Source of the DNA: a virus | Direction: 5' to 3' (one strand) | IMG/VR virus record: IMGVR_UViG_3300028840_003906 | DNA length: 64,000 nt | Shown here: positions 62,087 through 64,000 of the stretch, piece after piece | Position numbering within the stretch: the first letter of the stretch is position 1 | How the letters are laid out: every line of letters begins with the position of its first letter | Notes under the pieces: model-generated | Databases searched by the model: none | What the model was told of the DNA's origin: nothing | The model's input: only the letters and a program-made list of their open reading frames with translations | Program-made: the position numbers and the translations under genes

Positions 62087-62452
62087 ATGACGCTTTCTGT
62101 ATCAACGCAGGTTTCTCCCGTCGGGACGAAGCTGATCAAGGATACGGACGCCGGGGCAACTGCCCAGACGGACGTGACGGGTACTGCCGGATCGATCTTC
62201 ATGATAGATGTGGACAACACGGCCAACGGGGCCGATGCCGCGTACCTGAAGATCTACGACGACGCGGCGCCCACGGTCGGGACGACTGATCCTGATCACA
62301 TCTTCAGGATCCCGGTGAATCAGCGACGCACGATCGTCGCCCCGGACGGTCTGGACTTTTCCGCTCTCTCGTACGCTGTGGTGACGTCGCCGGGCACCCC
62401 TGGGACGACCGCTCCGGCCAACACTGTGACGCTGAGCATGGTGACCTCGTAG
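62087..62452 (+). CDS. virion structural/decoration-like protein
   Basis: YLKIYDDAAPTVGTTDPD motif; RBS GAGGTG. Confidence 0.6.
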   Translation: MTLSVSTQVSPVGTKLIKDTDAGATAQTDVTGTAGSIFMIDVDNTANGADAAYLKIYDDAAPTVGTTDPDHIFRIPVNQRRTIVAPDGLDFSALSYAVVTSPGTPGTTAPANTVTLSMVTS

Positions 62453-62456
62453 CTTG

Positions 62457-62470
62457 CGAACTTGAGTTCG
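62457..62470. repeat. CGAAC-N4-GTTCG palindrome
   Basis: CGAACTTGAGTTCG next to a -35 element. Confidence 0.85.
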
Positions 62471-62477
62471 TTTCCAA

Positions 62478-62506
62478 GTTGACAAACCGATAAAAGTTGG
62501 CATTAT
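62478..62506 (+). promoter_or_regulatory. early promoter, GTTGACAAACC family
   Basis: TTGACA-16 nt-CATTAT with TG extension; palindrome 8 nt upstream of the -35. Confidence 0.55.
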
Positions 62507-62542
62507 AGGACCGATTGCTTGGGGTGATCCCAGCGGGAGGTT

Positions 62543-62848
62543 TTGATGCAGAAAGCTTTAAATCTCAAAAGTATTCGAGATGGTGCAGAATCCAGTGTTG
62601 ATCGGTTGGTCGACTTCCTAATTGGGGAGGTAGATTTGATTCATGGGACGGGGGCACCGTTGTGTGACGCTCTTGATAAGATACGAGAGTTTGGAGTCAG
62701 TGGGACGACCAAGGATGGTTTGGTTGTAACGAAGAGAATACTTGAGAAATCCATGTACTGTGCAGTGGATGATCCTGCGACTGATATTGTCCTCGGTATC
62801 ATTGAAAAGAAGCTGTATTCAGTCGAGGTAAGGTTTCGATCGCAATAG
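62543..62848 (+). CDS. hypothetical protein
   Basis: RBS GGGAGG. Confidence 0.55.
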   Translation: MMQKALNLKSIRDGAESSVDRLVDFLIGEVDLIHGTGAPLCDALDKIREFGVSGTTKDGLVVTKRILEKSMYCAVDDPATDIVLGIIEKKLYSVEVRFRSQ

Positions 62849-62866
62849 CGCAAAGGATGGTGACTG

Positions 62867-63223
62867 ATGGAATGGAATTGTGAACAGTGTGGTGATCGAT
62901 TTTCTTCTGACAAGGAGCAATGTCCTGTCTGCGGTGGCGAGGTTGTTCAGATCGACAGAGACAGTGTGTACGAGTTTCGGGGGTGCTACATTCCTCGTCG
63001 CATGATGGAGGGACTGAGGCGGTATATCGAGGGGCATTGTCCTGTGGGAGACTTTTTGACGGCTGTGCTCGAAAACAACCTGTCGGAGGCTGTTGGAAGG
63101 GCCGACGACGAAAACGCATCAAACCTCGCTGCGTACATTGGGTATCTGTACAACGAGGCCCCGTCTCAGTGCTGGGGGTCCCCGGAGAAGGTTTCGGCAT
63201 GGCTTTCGGAGGGACGCAAATGA
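62867..63223 (+). CDS. Zn-ribbon-containing hypothetical protein
   Basis: CEQCG..CPVCG; GDFLTAVLENNL. Confidence 0.7.
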   Translation: MEWNCEQCGDRFSSDKEQCPVCGGEVVQIDRDSVYEFRGCYIPRRMMEGLRRYIEGHCPVGDFLTAVLENNLSEAVGRADDENASNLAAYIGYLYNEAPSQCWGSPEKVSAWLSEGRK

Positions 63224-63456
63224 AAAAGGGTGAGGTGGCCGCTCTCGTCCGATCTGTGGCCTGCAGGGTCGTGGAGGACATGGGGGCCGAGGCAGTCAAG
63301 GAAAGGCCGAAGGATTGCTTCGAGGAGGCTTACAGGCGCCTCTGGGAGGTGGACAAGCTCTCGGTTGAGATCTATTCGGATCGGTTCAAGGTCATGGCGG
63401 CACTTCGGGATGCTGCAGGGGCTCAAGAGGAGAAGGGTGATGAATCTGAAATTTGA
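63220..63456 (+). CDS. hypothetical protein
   Basis: RBS GGAGGGA; ATGA overlap. Confidence 0.55.
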   Translation: MKKGEVAALVRSVACRVVEDMGAEAVKERPKDCFEEAYRRLWEVDKLSVEIYSDRFKVMAALRDAAGAQEEKGDESEI

Positions 63457-63733
63457 CTGTGGTGCAGTTTCGATCGAGCCGGTTGGCGGCGATCAGGTTC
63501 GGGTCGGGATGACCGAGATCGACAACTATGACTTGAACGATCAGGCGGAGAAGATCCTCGACGAAATGGACAAAGAGACGATCCTCAAGGAGGTCGACGA
63601 AGGGGACATGCTCGATCACATTGGGATCGAGGCGATATCCGAGCATGTCGATCTGGACGAGTTCTTCGATCACAACGAGGAGGATCTGATCGCCTTGATG
63701 GAGGGGCGTGGGTTCAAGCTTGTGAGGCCGTAG
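63440..63733 (+). CDS. acidic hypothetical protein
   Basis: RBS GAGGAG. Confidence 0.55.
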   Translation: MNLKFDCGAVSIEPVGGDQVRVGMTEIDNYDLNDQAEKILDEMDKETILKEVDEGDMLDHIGIEAISEHVDLDEFFDHNEEDLIALMEGRGFKLVRP

Positions 63734-63955
63734 ATGGAAAAGCTTACGACAGAACAGGTTTTGCGTGCCCTTCGTCGGCTTGAAAAAGGGTGGCCAGACA
63801 ACCTTGAGATTCTCGTGATGGACGGAACGTTGAATGTTGTCAACAGGTATCCCGACGAGGACGAACCGGTCAGGCTTGATGCGTATGGGTGCGCTGATCA
63901 GAGTGAGGTCGTCGACTCTTTTCCTGGCATCAGTGCGGATGGAGGAGGCTGGTAA
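63734..63955 (+). CDS. hypothetical protein
   Basis: Adjacent start after TAG. Confidence 0.6.
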   Translation: MEKLTTEQVLRALRRLEKGWPDNLEILVMDGTLNVVNRYPDEDEPVRLDAYGCADQSEVVDSFPGISADGGGW

Positions 63956-64000
63956 ATGGAGGTTTTCAACACATACCCGCAGCAGCACCGGATTGAGCGT

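Overview
A 64-kb slice of a large, GC-rich (about 58-60% by eye) myovirus-type phage genome in the standard genetic code. It contains no host housekeeping genes. Left to right: (1) 1-17.9 kb (+), neck proteins, a 1765-aa Gly-X-Thr collagen-like fibre, a TIM-barrel hydrolase-like protein, a GT2-TPR-methyltransferase, tail terminator, a 926-aa sheath and two tube genes. (2) 17.9-27.2 kb (+), a holin-like gene, an amidase endolysin and a run of small genes sharing an N-terminal M(R/K)xL(I/L)E(R/K) leader. (3) 27.4-29.4 kb, 18 tRNA genes, two of which (Thr-TGT, Lys-TTT) have long class-II variable arms. (4) 29.4-36.8 kb (-), an early/accessory block containing the main find: a Nop-domain (IS110/TIGR-Tas-like) gene with no RuvC or HNH nuclease but a Cys-rich insertion, followed directly by a non-coding array of about 29 units with 37-nt period, built from two alternating short repeats and two 8-nt variable spacers. 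This is a dual-spacer guide-RNA (TIGR-like) array. (5) 37-58.4 kb (+), tail chaperone with a -1 frameshift site, tape measure, baseplate, spike and fibre genes. (6) 58.4-64 kb, lipoproteins, more leader-bearing small genes and early genes. A palindrome CGAAC-N4-GTTCG (mostly TCAA/TTGA spacer, shaped like a Gram-positive LexA box) was found 14 times, 12 of them outside coding sequence. All calls come from motif recognition by eye; no database searches were run.
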